From positions 1 through 34,810 of the forward strand of contig NIVC01004801.1 of the NCBI GenBank assembly GCA_002269645.1: a stretch of DNA of 34,810 nt, read 5' to 3'. Each line of letters opens with the position of its first letter. The first letter of the stretch is position 1. Source of the stretch: Macrostomum lignano (Eukaryota). The position numbers were made by a program, and so were the translations under genes. The notes beneath the pieces were generated by a model. That model saw only the letters and a list, made by a program, of their open reading frames with translations. It was not told where the DNA came from and did not search any database. This document shows, in pieces, positions 1 through 11,591 of the stretch.

Positions 1-2539
1 AAGGAGCGGGCTGGGGGTGGGCGCGCGAGAGAAATTAGTATAATTAATGCGCGGCTTTTCTATTGGCCGGCTGAGAAAAACAGGAACAGAAATTATCGAT
101 CGCGCGCTGTACGCAGGGTTTACAATTGTACACAGCTGATTAAAATTCCTAGGGCACTACTTTAAGCAGACGTGAGAATACGAAACCAGTAATATTAAAG
201 ATCGGTACCGCGTATGTCAAAACGGCCCTTGGCGGGGCTACGTAAACTGACAACGTCGCACCCTTAGTCGGCCATTTCTTGTACAGTTAAGGTCAAGAAC
301 CTTAGTCTCGGGAGTCCTGTCCCGTTAGTGGGAGTTTTTACCGGTTGTACTTGTACGTGTACATGTATAGTACTACTCCTGCACAGCTGACTTGTGGTGG
401 CCACGCCTCTGGCGTGTACCTTCAAAAAACCCTGGCCCGCGCTGTCTAGATAAATGGGATCTTGGCCGCAACATCAGCTACTGCACCATCAGAGACGGAC
501 AAAGTCTAGGGGATGAGGCCTGGTGGCTGTACTTTTCAGCGCCAGAGACAAGGGGTTTTGCACAGGTGTTTTCATATGCAGCCCGCGGGTTATGTCACAT
601 GTACTTCATCAGTGGCAATCTTAATTTAGAGATAAATAGTGAAGCTTGTGCGCGTAGAAATGATTTTAAAGCCAAATGGGTATAATGTAGATTGCCAATT
701 GTATGCGGACAGAAAGTAAATCATTCGCTCTTAAATTTTGATGAAAATAGATTTGCGATTATGGCTTGTGATCACATGATCTAGTCGATCAGTTACTATA
801 GGTCAAATTTCTTGCGATATAACAACCTTCAGATGATTTGATAAGTTGATAGTGATGTGAATGATAAATCCGAAGTGATTGTACGACATCTAATAGTCTC
901 TAAGATGGCATTTATTAAAATTAATTAAATTAAAATTACGGCATTTATTTCAAACAGAAAAACAAAATTGGAAACTTTTTATAACGAATTTTTAAAAAAT
1001 GGTGTTAACTCTTATTCAGATTAAAACTAGAAGCAAAGTTATTTGTAATAAAAACTTCGAAAGTAGATAGGCTAATTTAAAAGAGGTTGACACTAAAAGC
1101 TTTTAAGAGGAAAAATTAGCTGTAATTTATCTGGAATGGTCCCGAATATTACACTAGGGACTAGGTCAAATGTGCAGTACTGTAAAAATAAAATTAAAAT
1201 TAAAACCTGAGAGGTTCGTTAAAGGTAGCCAAGTCTAAATATCATAAATGTGCTCACATAGAAGTTTAACTATCATATAACCCAACTGTAACCTTTCTTA
1301 AATAATAGTTTGTAAAACTATAAAAGCTGTGATCTAAAGTCTAAAGTCTAATGCTAAATAAATTAGGCCATTGTTATGTTAATTTTAAAGTTGCAAAGAT
1401 ATTTAGGTAATTGTTCGTAACTTGTGTTTAATCGAACTCAGCGCAGAAACGTGCTTAAAGCTAAAAAAATAAAGCACATCTTGAAATTGTTTTGAGGTTT
1501 CGCAACATTAACATTTACTTAGCAACTAAAATGATGTCTTTGTCGTGGAATATACCTGTGCATAACATATCATAATATATATTAGTAAGCTTTTAAATAG
1601 GAAATAAAAGATATGTTTTGCCTTTTATTTAGTAAGTAATACTGAATGTATTCTAAAGTTTTTCGACAATCGTTTTTTAGCAAATTAGTAAAATTGTGAA
1701 ATAATAAACCATTTATTTTTTGCTTGTTTGTGTAATGTGACGACATTACGAGTACTTTATCAACCTGTCTCTAGCTTAAAAAATCAAACCTGCTTACAAG
1801 GAGTTTTAGTAGATTTTGACCAAAACTGCAATTACAAGACTGCTATAACCAAAATGCGCAGTTTTTATCATAACAACACAACATCATATTCTTCCCTGGC
1901 TCTCTAAAATCAAAATTATCTATTTGCTTGATAGTTCTTTTCAAATTTGTATTGCTAGTTTTTAAGACTCAAATCAATTTGCAAAATCATGTTGTTTCTT
2001 AATGACCATATTCTATGTGGATAGTTTCATTTACAAATTATGTGTACTATGAGCCTATAGATCTGACATCCTTGCACCTAGTAGAATTTTATTTGGATTT
2101 ATTTAGTTTGACTTGTAATATTTTTATCATGTTATTAAATGCACATATTTTTATCTCTCTTTGTAGGTTTATTTCATTTCTATCAGTTGTTATCAAATAA
2201 AATATTGCAAGCTCTATTTTAACCTCTATAATAGTCACCTAACCTCCAAAGCTCATTGTAATATTTATAAGTATTTTATAATTGGTATTTAATTTTTATT
2301 GTTTAATAAGAAGTTCCTTTTATTAGAGGTAGAACTGTGTGCACCCTTGCATACTTTAAACAACATTTTCACACAAACGACAAGAGAGACATTACATGTA
2401 CTTCCGATTCCGCCAACTCCCCTGAGCAGGCACACAAGCGTGCAGATACATGCAGTCATATGCACAGACACACACTCGCACAGGAGTTTTTTTAATTTTT
2501 TATCTATCGTTAGGCCAAGGACAACTTAAGTAGAAGGAC

Positions 2540-2550
2540 GCAACACTCAA
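2540..2550. repeat. Target-site duplication GCAACACTCAA (second copy 4081-4091)
   Basis: Exact 11-bp direct repeat at both ends of the RTE element. Confidence 0.9.
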
Positions 2551-2594
2551 CAAACAACAACAACAGAGTACGCTGCCGGATCGCAAAAGCAGCG

Positions 2595-3896
2595 TCAGAT
2601 GGCGCGCTTCAAAGCTTGGGCGCAAACAAAGGCCGCACCGCCGGCAGAGTCCGGGGCGCCGGCGTCAGCCAGCAGATAGTCGACGTAGCGCCGTGTCCTC
2701 GCTTGTCCCCGCCGGTAGGGTGCCTGCAACGTAAGTAGCAGCACCTCCTGCACCGGCTCCGGACAGTAGGCCTCGGCGCGGATGACGTGGCCTGCCAGCT
2801 GGAGTCGCCGACGGCGCAGCAGATCGCTAGGACGGGCCAGGCCGGCGCGATGATAGAGCGCCGTGTTGGTGACTCGCTCGTTGCCGATCTTGAAGGCGGC
2901 GCGCAGCAGGCCAGCGTGCGCCGCGTCGACTTGAGCCTCGAGCGAGTCTGTCAGCGTCCAGGTCTCGGCGTTGTATAACAGGACGGTTTCGATCACCGCC
3001 TGGAACAGCGCCGCCCTCTGGCGGTCCGGTACGGCCTCGGACTGCAGGACTGACCTTATAGAACGAAAGGCAGCCCAGGCAAGTCCTCGGCGACGCCGCA
3101 GATCCTCGCGAACGTCGGGAACCAGACCGCCGAGGTAGACGAACTGCCGACACCTTGGAAGCTCACTCGCCTGTCCGTCAGCGCCTCGGCAGAAGATTGC
3201 AGCCTCGGTGTCGTCCGGCACGCATAGCACGACGGTCTTCTGCGTGTTGACCACCAGGCCGACGCTCGCCGCAACGGCAACCAGCCTATCCAGCTGTCGT
3301 TGGGCGCCCTCGACGGTCGAGGACAGCAGGGCGAGGTCATCGGCGTAGCCAAGCACGCTGAGCCGTCTCTCCGGTTGGCGTCGACCCACGCGTCGCCGCA
3401 GCAGGAAGCCGTCGTCGTTGGAAGACAGAGCAGTCCGTAGCACCCAGTCAAGCACCAGAATAAATAGGAACGGCGCTAGCGTATCTCCTTGGAGCCCCGG
3501 AGGATGTCTCGAAGAAATCCGATAGGCCGTCCGGTGTTGAGACAGCAGCCGTCGTGCCGTGGTACAGCGCCATGACAGCAGAAATCAGCAGCTCTGGCAC
3601 GTTGTACGCACGGAGCACCTCTGGGAGCGCGTCCCTCACGACCGAGTCGAAGGCCTTCCTGAAATCGACGAAGATCAGGATCAGGGTCAACTGGCGGATG
3701 CGCGCCTCCTCGATGACTCGCCGAAGAGCCAGGATCTGCGTCACTGTGCCGCGATGGGGCCGGAATCCGTTCTGCTCAGGCCGCAGGTACGGGTCCAGCA
3801 CAGGCTGTAGCCGCGATAGCAGCATGCGGTTGAACAGCTTCGCGGCGCAGGACTGTAGGCAGATGCCTCGATGCTCCTCGAGCTTGGTGGTGCCCG
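2595..3896 (-). pseudogene. Reverse transcriptase, C-terminal part (RTE-like), frameshifted
   Basis: ORFs 3448..4158 and 2595..3455 join across an apparent 2-bp deletion near 3495: the expected SGVLQGDTLAPFLF is split between frames. YADD codons lie at ~3336-3347. Confidence 0.9.
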
Positions 3897-4082
3897 ACGT
3901 TGTGAAGTTCGCTCGGCAGTCGCCGGGCGGCAAAGCGCTTGGTCCGGACGAGGTGCCCACCGAGGCGCTGCGGATCCACTGCGTGGCCACTGAGGTCGCC
4001 AGAGTGATGAACCGCGTGCTTTCCGGTGAGGTGGCGCCAAACGAATGGACCACGGCGCACATCGTCGCCATTCCAAAGAAGC
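3897..4082 (+). pseudogene. Inverted 5' segment of the same RT
   Basis: Reads DVVKFARQSPGGKALGPDEVPTEAL...EWTTAHIVAIPKK on +. This is the RT sequence that normally lies immediately upstream of (P)GTTKLEEHRGICL, which starts on the minus strand at 3896. Confidence 0.9.
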
Positions 4083-4406
4083 AACACTCAAAATCTATGG
4101 CAATTTTTGAAGGCAACTTTTCGCCGAAAAATACACTACGGAGATAGGAAGTTTTCATTTTTTCAGCACAAAAATTGTTATTGCTTTCGATAGGAGGCAG
4201 ACTTAGTATTCATCTTTCGATATGTTGTGCGTTTCTTATAGCTCTATTAATATTCATAAATATATTTATCAAATAATATATTTGAGATCTAAGGGTTCGC
4301 TCAGAGAGCAACATGCACTTGAGTATTGTGGATGTACATTATGTTACAGCTATAGGCTCCCTCCTTTCTAATATCAAATCTCACCACTGTCACCAAATGT
4401 TACAGG

Positions 4407-5147
4407 TGTAATAATTGTTCCTAGTTACTAATGCCACCAACTTGTAGCAGGCCTATTTACTCCCTGTCTAAATCCACCAGTTCAATCACTAGATTGTACT
4501 ACTAAATCTATTATTTCTAACCCTAAGAATCCTAATAATTATACCTATATGTACGTCTATGGGCTATCGTCAGTACGAGTAACCCTGGTAGCTTCAGTGC
4601 CCGAGCGGCAAGACACTGTTGACTACTATACTAATTACTACTAATTTCTAAACTACTCAGTCCAAACACAGTCCAAATACTGTCTTTCCCGACTCAATAC
4701 TGCATCACGCTTGTATTAGCCTAGATCTACGAGTATTCCTGGGGAATCCTCCCTCCTTACTGGCAATCCACCCTTTTTACTCAGCAAAACGCTTGTTCGG
4801 CAATCCCTGCTCAACTACACTGGCAAAACGCCCTTTCTATCCAACACGGTCTTTCCAAACTTGCAATCCTGCTTAAATAACTAAGAGAGTAAAACCAGAG
4901 AAATCTTAATTTCTAAGCTTACTGAGTATTGAACCCAACGAAAGTGTTAAAGAAAATGTTTAGTTTTTCGCCTTATATTTATACTAAATGAAACCTCTCT
5001 CTATTGGCTCGCGATACATTCGTTTAAACAACATTTAGTTAAAACAAAATATTCGACTCTCTAAAACAAAAGTTACTACGTTAAAACAAATATCATATTA
5101 AAACAAAATATTCGTGTAACTGTTATTTGGCGGGTATTTGACTTACA
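4407..5147 (-). mobile_element. Possible solo LTR
   Basis: TGTAA...TTACA termini (4407 and 5143-5147). On the minus strand, short AAAACAAAATATTCG-like repeats (5040-5114) are followed by CCAAT (~5003) and TATAAATATAA (~4973-4983). No TSD or clear polyA signal found. Confidence 0.3.
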
Positions 5148-5373
5148 AAAATGTTAATATTTTCTTAGAACAAAATATGAGCCCTACTGCAATTAGTTTG
5201 ATGTACACTATAAATAGACAGGGGCGTAGGGCGCAAGGTATAATAGAGTACAACAATCATTTTCGAAATTCCTAGGCCAATTTCGAACTTGGCGCTACTG
5301 ATAGTTTTTGGATGATTTAGATGGACTCTCAAGTTATCAATGTTCAAAGAGTCCACCACACATTCGTCACCTT

Positions 5374-5387
5374 GCTGCCATGGCAGC
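5374..5387. promoter_or_regulatory. X-box-like (RFX) palindrome GCTGCCATGGCAGC overlapping the start codon
   Basis: Perfect palindrome (TGCTGCCATGGCAGCA, 5373-5388), two symmetric mismatches from GTTGCCATGGCAAC, located at a ciliary gene. Confidence 0.45.
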
Positions 5388-5655
5388 ACAGGCAGAGCAA
5401 GCCCAGTCGCCAGTCAAGCGTAGTCGTCAGGATCCAACCCGGCCCCTGGCAAGCAGTTGGAATGCGGCTAACAGTGCTCACGGCAGCTCTGGACACATTT
5501 TGGACAAGGGCATTGTAAGCCGCTGGTCTAGGGACGATCTGGAGGATAAATATCTCAGTTTGTATCAGGACCACAGCAAACTAAAAGAGAGATTTAGAGA
5601 ACAAGAAGAAAAAATCCATGAGTTCAAGCTGGTGCTAAAGAAGAGACAAGACGAG
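5380..5655 (+). CDS. RPGRIP1L: RPGRIP1L/fantom homolog, exon 1
   Basis: ATG in GCCATGG context. VSRWSRDDLEDKYLSLYQDHSKLKERFREQEEKI resembles the family N-terminus (SREELEDRFLRL...KQEDKI). Donor GAG|GTAAGT, phase 0. Confidence 0.85.
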
Positions 5656-6018
5656 GTAAGTGCAAGAATTTGGAACCACGATCTTGATAGTTATGAAATT
5701 CGAAATAAAAATAAAAAACAGCTATCGCTAAACTTGAGCATTTACGCTCGTACAAGCTGAGTGGCAACTTCATAAAAAATGATTTCCTTGTAATTGCATG
5801 TTTGCAGAAAAACAACAAAAACCACCATTATGCTTTGCTTAAATAGCCATCAAAATCGCAAAGTAGCTCGTATGTTGTTTTTGCTGTTTAGAAATCGTAA
5901 TCTGCTGCTGGTAATGCAGCATTAAAGAACACACTTTAGGTCTCGAAAAAACTGTCACTAAAATGGCATCATCAGGATTTTACAGATAAACAGATACATT
6001 TTGTGATTTATTTCACAG

Positions 6019-6366
6019 ATCAGGCAACAACAAGCAAAGGTTGGCGCTGGCGCAGCTGAATTACGGGCAACGGATCAGGTAGCAAAACTCGAAATGCGCA
6101 ACATCGAGCTGGAAAAGCAGGTGGCTCATTTGCAACAAAGGTTGACGCTGCTGCAATCAAAACTGGAGTCTCCTACCATCAAACGCACCTCAACCAACAC
6201 GCGAGTTCTCCAGCCGCCACCGGGTCTCCGTCCGCAGCGCAGCCTCGGCCGCCAGGATGATACAAAGCTCCGGTTGCAAGCGGAGAACGGGCAACTTCTG
6301 GCGGAAATCGAGAGTCTCAAAGACAAGCTTTATGCGCAGGAAATGGAGCATCAGCGGCGAGTGCAA
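6019..6366 (+). CDS. RPGRIP1L: RPGRIP1L exon 2 (coiled coil)
   Basis: Acceptor TTTCACAG|, phase-0 open frame IRQQQAK...RNIELEKQVAHLQQRLTLLQSKLES...RRVQ, donor |GTACGT. Confidence 0.82.
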
Positions 6367-6477
6367 GTACGTACTTTTGTTCATTTTGTATTATTATAAG
6401 GAAGAAGTTTGTGCCCGAAAATTTTGCTAAGCAAAACGCTTCAAGGATTATACGAGTTCGATTTCCCAATCATTCAG

Positions 6478-6857
6478 GATCTCCATTCTGAGCTGGAAAC
6501 GGCACGGCTCCAGGTGGGCAACGATAAGCGACTGACAATGCAGGATGATCTTGAAAAGGTTAAGCTGCAGCGGGAGGTGCGAGAAAAATCCGCCATGGTA
6601 GAGCACCTACAGACTCGCTGCGATGCACATGAGGAGCGCGAGAGGCAGGCATTGGAAACAAGCTCTCGGCTCCAAAACGAGCTGGAAAGATTGACCATGG
6701 AGGGACGCAGGCGAGACCAGGAGGCAGAGAGCTTGAAGGAAAGTTCTACTGCAGGCCAAACCTTGAGAAGGCGGGTGATGGAGCTCGAGCATGCTCTAGA
6801 GGATGCCAACAAGGAGGCCAAATTGCTGAAAGAAGCAAATGACAAGTTGATGGGCAG
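6478..6857 (+). CDS. RPGRIP1L: RPGRIP1L exon 3 (coiled coil)
   Basis: Acceptor CATTCAG|, DLHSELETARL...LKEANDKLMG, donor AG|GTAAGA, phase 2. Confidence 0.85.
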
Positions 6858-8454
6858 GTAAGAGAGTGTAGCCAGAAATTCAGTACTTTAAAGAACAAAC
6901 AAGCAAAACCGTAAATCAGTACTGCAAATAACTGCAGTTAGAAGGAATGCCTAAAGCTGAATTTTCTGGTTCTTTTCTCTTTCCTTATTTCTCATATACT
7001 TTGTAGTTTGTGTCATTCAAAAGAAATTTTAGATTCACTTTTCTGTTTATCCCCACTCCAAAACAGCATGTGTTGTGCGCCCATCCACAGGAGCGCTCCG
7101 ACCTCCTCCTGTGACTGAAGCCGCGACCCCAGGTCCCACGTCCGAGGGAGAAGCAGAAAAAAACAGGAAAATTAAATAGTAGAGCAGATTTAGGTCACCG
7201 CGCTATTGTTAAGTAGAGTTTGAAAGTAGCCAACAACGGGCGGGAAAGAAAGGAGGAGGAAGGAAAGGAAAGGAAGGCCCTAGGCATCAATTTTATTATT
7301 TTTGATTTTAGCTACATGTGTAATTTTAGTGCAAATTTACAGCAGGATGAGGTGCCAGGCATCGTGATCTATGTACGTACGTTCGAGAAAACTGGAGGGT
7401 TGGAGCAGGGCGCGAGAGACATGCTTATTGTGCAACGATACACGCGCAATAAAAAAATTCAAGATGACAAATAAGAAAACAATGAATAAGATTTTACGTG
7501 AGATGCAAAGCTACTCCTCCTCTCTGAAGCTTCACCAGAAGTGACGAATGTCATTTCGAGCGTGAGAGCATGCGAGTTAAAGCCTAAATTTCTGTATGAG
7601 TCAGATACACCTAAATGGCTGCCTCTGATGAACCGTTTGAACCACAAAATTCAGATTTCTGTGTCTAAGGATCTTTTGAAGATCGCCTGCTATCCGACTG
7701 CAAGGACTAACTTAACAACTCAGGACGTTACACTCGCGAATGGTAGAAATTGTAGAAAAGGCCGCTTGCTTTAGCTGTATCTATGGCAATGAAGCCTTTT
7801 CACTAACACTTTAATGTATTCTGTATCTAACATTCTGTATTTAGTTAATATTTGTATAATTGTAAAAATAAATTTTATAGCGCAAATTGTCTTGCTTCTT
7901 TATCGAAAAGGCTCATTGAAAAAACATAGACACACAAAGCAAGCGGCCTTTTCTAGAATTCCTACCATTCGCGAGTGCAACGTCCTGAGTTGGTAAGTAG
8001 TCCTTGTCCGACTGTCATTCCAACCAGCTGATCATGAAGCAAGAACTTGACTACGGTGGTTCTCAATGCTGAAAACAAAACTCAGGAAAATTAGACGATA
8101 AATTTTCAAATTGTCTTGCAAAGTTACTTTAGCAATTGATATCTAGGAAAAATTAAAGTGATTGTGTGAGATAGCTTGACACCAAAAGGTGAGGACAAGT
8201 TTTTGCCATCTGTTGTATCTCGGAAAAATGAAAAATTCTTTGAGTCAGCGAATTTTAAAGGTAGCTAGTACGTTAGGTATACAATTTTATGATCATTTTT
8301 TATTATTAACATAAGTGATTTAGAAAATTAACGAAAATAAATTGTATTAAATAATAATAAATACGAAGTGAACAAAAATTCAGAATCAAAAGAGAGGAAA
8401 AAATTTTGATTGTTAACGCTATTTTGACTAATGAAGCCCCTGTCACATCATCAG

Positions 8455-8701
8455 CGCCTTCGATGTCGAGCGGGAGCGCCAATGGCAGGCCAGAGAGGCA
8501 GCGCTGCAGGCGCAACTGAAGAAGCTGGAGGCTGTGGGTCACCGAGACGTTAATGAGAAGGGACAGTTTCTGGACCGGCTGGAAGAAGAACGAAACCACG
8601 GCGAGGAGGTTGAAAGGGAGCTGAGCGCTTTGAGGATCAAGTGTTTCGAACTACAGGAGCAAAATGAGAGCCTGCGTCAGAAGGTGGCTTTTTTTGCACA
8701 G
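8455..8701 (+). CDS. RPGRIP1L: RPGRIP1L exon 4
   Basis: Acceptor CATCAG|C completes Ser. SAFDVERERQWQAREAALQAQLKKLE matches the family motif SAF...EQWK.KE..L..QI.QLE. Ends ...RQKVAFFAQ with donor CAG|GTAACA, phase 0. Confidence 0.88.
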
Positions 8702-9909
8702 GTAACATATTTTAATAACAGGCTTTTACAGAACTTGTAAATATCTGCGTGTTTTTAAGCTCGCCTTTACTCAGAGCAGACTCAGAATTGGCAAAACGTC
8801 CTTTTCGAGACTAATCATTAGCACTCACATATAATTCTTCAAGTAACGGTGGATTCCAGCGCGCATGCATACCAGCGAACTGCAACTGCACACGGTTTCA
8901 TCATTCTTTTTAACCAACGAAAAATAAAGGCACATATACTGACATGAATACGAATATTGAGTCGGTATCGTCTCAATTTGGCTTGGCAGTCCTTGATCTT
9001 CCAGAAATTTTCGGAAATGAGCAGCGACGTAGCTGCTGCTTTCTCAGACTCTGCGCATGTCCTCCATCTTGGCAATTTCATCCAGTAAAAGCCCCATATA
9101 CGCTCGTATGGACACTTCAGCCAGAAAAGTATCAATCGTTTTCGCCTGGTACTGGCAGTCCCGTGAACTGAGAGACAGCTTCTTCATCGCACCGTCCAAC
9201 GCTAAGCGTTGTCACAAATTGAAGTTCGTCCGATGAGAGGCCGGAAATTTCTTTCTCTAAGGATGAATAAAACCATGGATTGCTCGTCTGCCTTAAATTT
9301 AGGGGTGCCATTTTGCCTCGCGAAGCCCCCGAAGCCCCCGATTGGCTACTGAAGATTCCTTAGTTGTCTATGGTAAAAATGTTGTAAGCTGCAGTGCTTA
9401 TGCATGGAAAGACGAGTCTCCTATATAACAATTTTATAGCTAAGTGAAATGTATCTTCGCATTAAATTGCTCTATAGTGTTATGATATGGAGAGAGACAA
9501 TTCATGAGTATTTGTTTGTGAGTACATAGTACATTCTATTTTAAATAAACCATAGCGATAAACTCATTACAAGAAACTAGAAATATGTAAGAATAGCTAA
9601 AATATCCGAATTCGGCCTGAAAAAAGATGAAAATTGAAAGCAGCGTGAAAACATGTTTCAATTGAAGCAAAGAATGCGTAGATGAATTTACAATTGAGGG
9701 AAACTATTCATCAAATGATTTAAAAGTACGATCGAAGCAAGGAATTCTTGCAATTAATTAACACCTGTGACAAAGTACTGAACAATTGAAGCAACGGATG
9801 CATGAAGGGAATCGAAGGCTAAGTATAGACAAGGGAAATTTTTTACTAAAAAGACAAGCTTAAAAAACCAATAAATAGTTACGCAGGACAGTTTTCCTCA
9901 GTAGGTTGG

Positions 9910-10460
9910 TTACTGGCCCATGAATAATATCTTCTTCGTGAGGATCTGCCGTACAGACACGGCCTTGCACATGTTCAACCGTTTGCATTGATGAAATATA
10001 CGAACACTGATGTACTTCGAGCAGCACTCAAGAATCAAGAAGTATCGGTGATTTTCATCTCTAGCCTGCTCACAACCAAGCTGGCTGAATAGGCCAGCAG
10101 AAAAAGCTTCAGCTACTGAGCGTGTCAGCAAGAGGTCCACCTGTGCCGACGATGGAATGCACTGCTGCGAACCTCGAAGCTGGCCCTCGCAAATGCGTGC
10201 CAGGCGAAAAAGAGTTGCTGACGGTTTAGATAGGCCACCTCGGTCTTTTACGCTAGTAAGCGCTAACAAATGCTCATCGCTGACAAGAGAACGGCGACGA
10301 ATTTGACATTTGAGGCGCGCAATCAGCTTTGAGCCAACAAATCCAGAGATATAGTCTGAAATATTGTCACCAATTAAACCTAAAACTTGGTGGTTAGGTA
10401 GCTCCGGAATGTTTGTGTCTAGCGGCTGGCAGTTTGCTGATTCCGAGATGAGCAGTTCAG
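9910..10460 (-). pseudogene. P-element/THAP9-type transposase C-terminal fragment
   Basis: Frame is open from ~10460: DYISGFVGSKLIARLKCQI...KDRGGLSKPS...HRYFLILECCSKYISVRIFHQCK...RQILTKKILFMGQ*. This fits the YIAGYV..KL..C..C / RGGL..PS / KLILF.GQ pattern. Confidence 0.8.
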
Positions 10461-10712
10461 ATCTGGTGGCAAACTAAGTCGAAAGCGCTGTCGAGCCCAA
10501 TGCGCTTGTCCTATGCAAAGTGATTGCACGGAACGCAAAATAACTATAATATAATATAACGCAATACAATGTAAACTAAAAGATAAAATAGATAGAATAT
10601 AGAAGCTACATGTATAATACGCCAGAAGCTATTTAATGTCTGAATACCAAAACTGTTTCTCTGTTGCATCGCTTTCTGGATAGAATAAGGCTTCTTTTGC
10701 TTGAATCAGGTT

Positions 10713-11090
10713 TCAAGCTTCGTTTATCAATGCGAGATCTCCGTGTTGGTTCAACTGGGTCTTCAGCATCAAAGCGCTGCAGGACTGGAGGATCGGGACA
10801 TTCGTATTTCGGAACCGCTCTCGTCTCAATCTTTTTCTACTCTTACTAGGAGCTTGGCTACCCTGTGCCAAAGTAAGAAAATCTTCGTTCTTGAAATGGA
10901 GTTCACATAGGTACTTGTTAGATGTCGGTGCGAATTCTCGATCTGTTTCAACGTTTTCGAGCCAAATAGCCAGTCTCTGTGCATCTTTGGCAGGATATGC
11001 AAATAAAGACAGGCCATCGCAGTTGTTTAAATTTTTCGAATTTGATGTGCACGATTTGGCCGAACAGCTTCTTTTAATCCTTGCAGCCAT
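10713..11090 (-). CDS. THAP zinc-finger (C2CH) domain protein of the P-like element
   Basis: ATG at 11090. C-SAKS-C ... FAYP ... W ... YLCELHF, the THAP signature residues C, C, P, W, C, H, F. Confidence 0.85.
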   Translation of the reverse strand: MAARIKRSCSAKSCTSNSKNLNNCDGLSLFAYPAKDAQRLAIWLENVETDREFAPTSNKYLCELHFKNEDFLTLAQGSQAPSKSRKRLRRERFRNTNVPILQSCSALMLKTQLNQHGDLALINEA

Positions 11091-11591
11091 CTGCAGACCA
11101 CTGCTTGACTGAGGAAATACGGACTCGACAAATTGACAGCTCTCAGGAAGGGTTTACTATGAATCAGCACTGCAGCTTACAACGTTTTTACCATAGACAA
11201 CTAAGGAATCTTCAGTAGCCAATCGGTGCAAACGGGGGCTTCTCGAGGCAAAATTGCACCCCTAAATTTAAGTCAGACGAGCAATCCACGGTTTTATTTA
11301 TCCATGCGGTGGTCTCGCTTCTCAATTCTCTCTTATAATTAAACTGTATAGTTACTCATTTAAACATTATGTCTATGGTGAGACCCATACCCCATGCCCA
11401 TATTCATCAATACGAGCTACAGCTCATGCGCTCGTTTAACTCAGCCAAATAGTCTATGGTACAATCACAGTATGGATCCTACTGGCTTTCCCATTATCGC
11501 CCTTAAAGCCTGGGTAATAACATATACTATAATATATGATACCTTTTTAACTTCGGATTCGTCAAAAGTGAGTTCAAATTCGTCAGCGTAT

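Larger units (their letters stand above)
2551..4082 (-). mobile_element. RTE-clade non-LTR retrotransposon, 5'-truncated with 5' inversion
   Basis: RT motifs on the minus strand (HRGICLQSCAAKLFNRMLL, QNGFRPHRG, IFVDFRKAFDSV, GYADDLALL, FVYLGG, LLYNAETWTL, RRRRLQLAGHVIRA). 3' tail of (TTG)n reads CAA/CAAA repeats at ~2551-2565 on +. Flanked by the direct repeat GCAACACTCAA at 2540-2550 and 4081-4091. Confidence 0.93.
9261..11306 (-). mobile_element. P-superfamily (THAP9/Galileo-like) DNA transposon, internal-deletion derivative
   Basis: ~138-bp TIRs (9261-9398 vs 11166-11303). The right end reads 5'-CATGGAT on the minus strand (CANRG P-type terminus). Contains a THAP ORF and a transposase C-terminal fragment. 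The left terminal 3 nt are degenerate and no TSD was found. Confidence 0.8.

Noticed and set aside
392-685. 97-aa ORF at the window start
   Set aside because: TTG start, no recognisable motif and no splice support. The region 1-700 may be repeat-derived, but I could not define its ends.
2787-4091. Several overlapping ORFs on both strands
   Set aside because: Shadow frames of the GC-rich RT sequence; only the 3897-4082 + segment is real RT.
5308-5379. N-terminal extension MDDLDGLSS... of exon 1
   Set aside because: It begins at TTG; the first in-frame ATG with good context is 5380.
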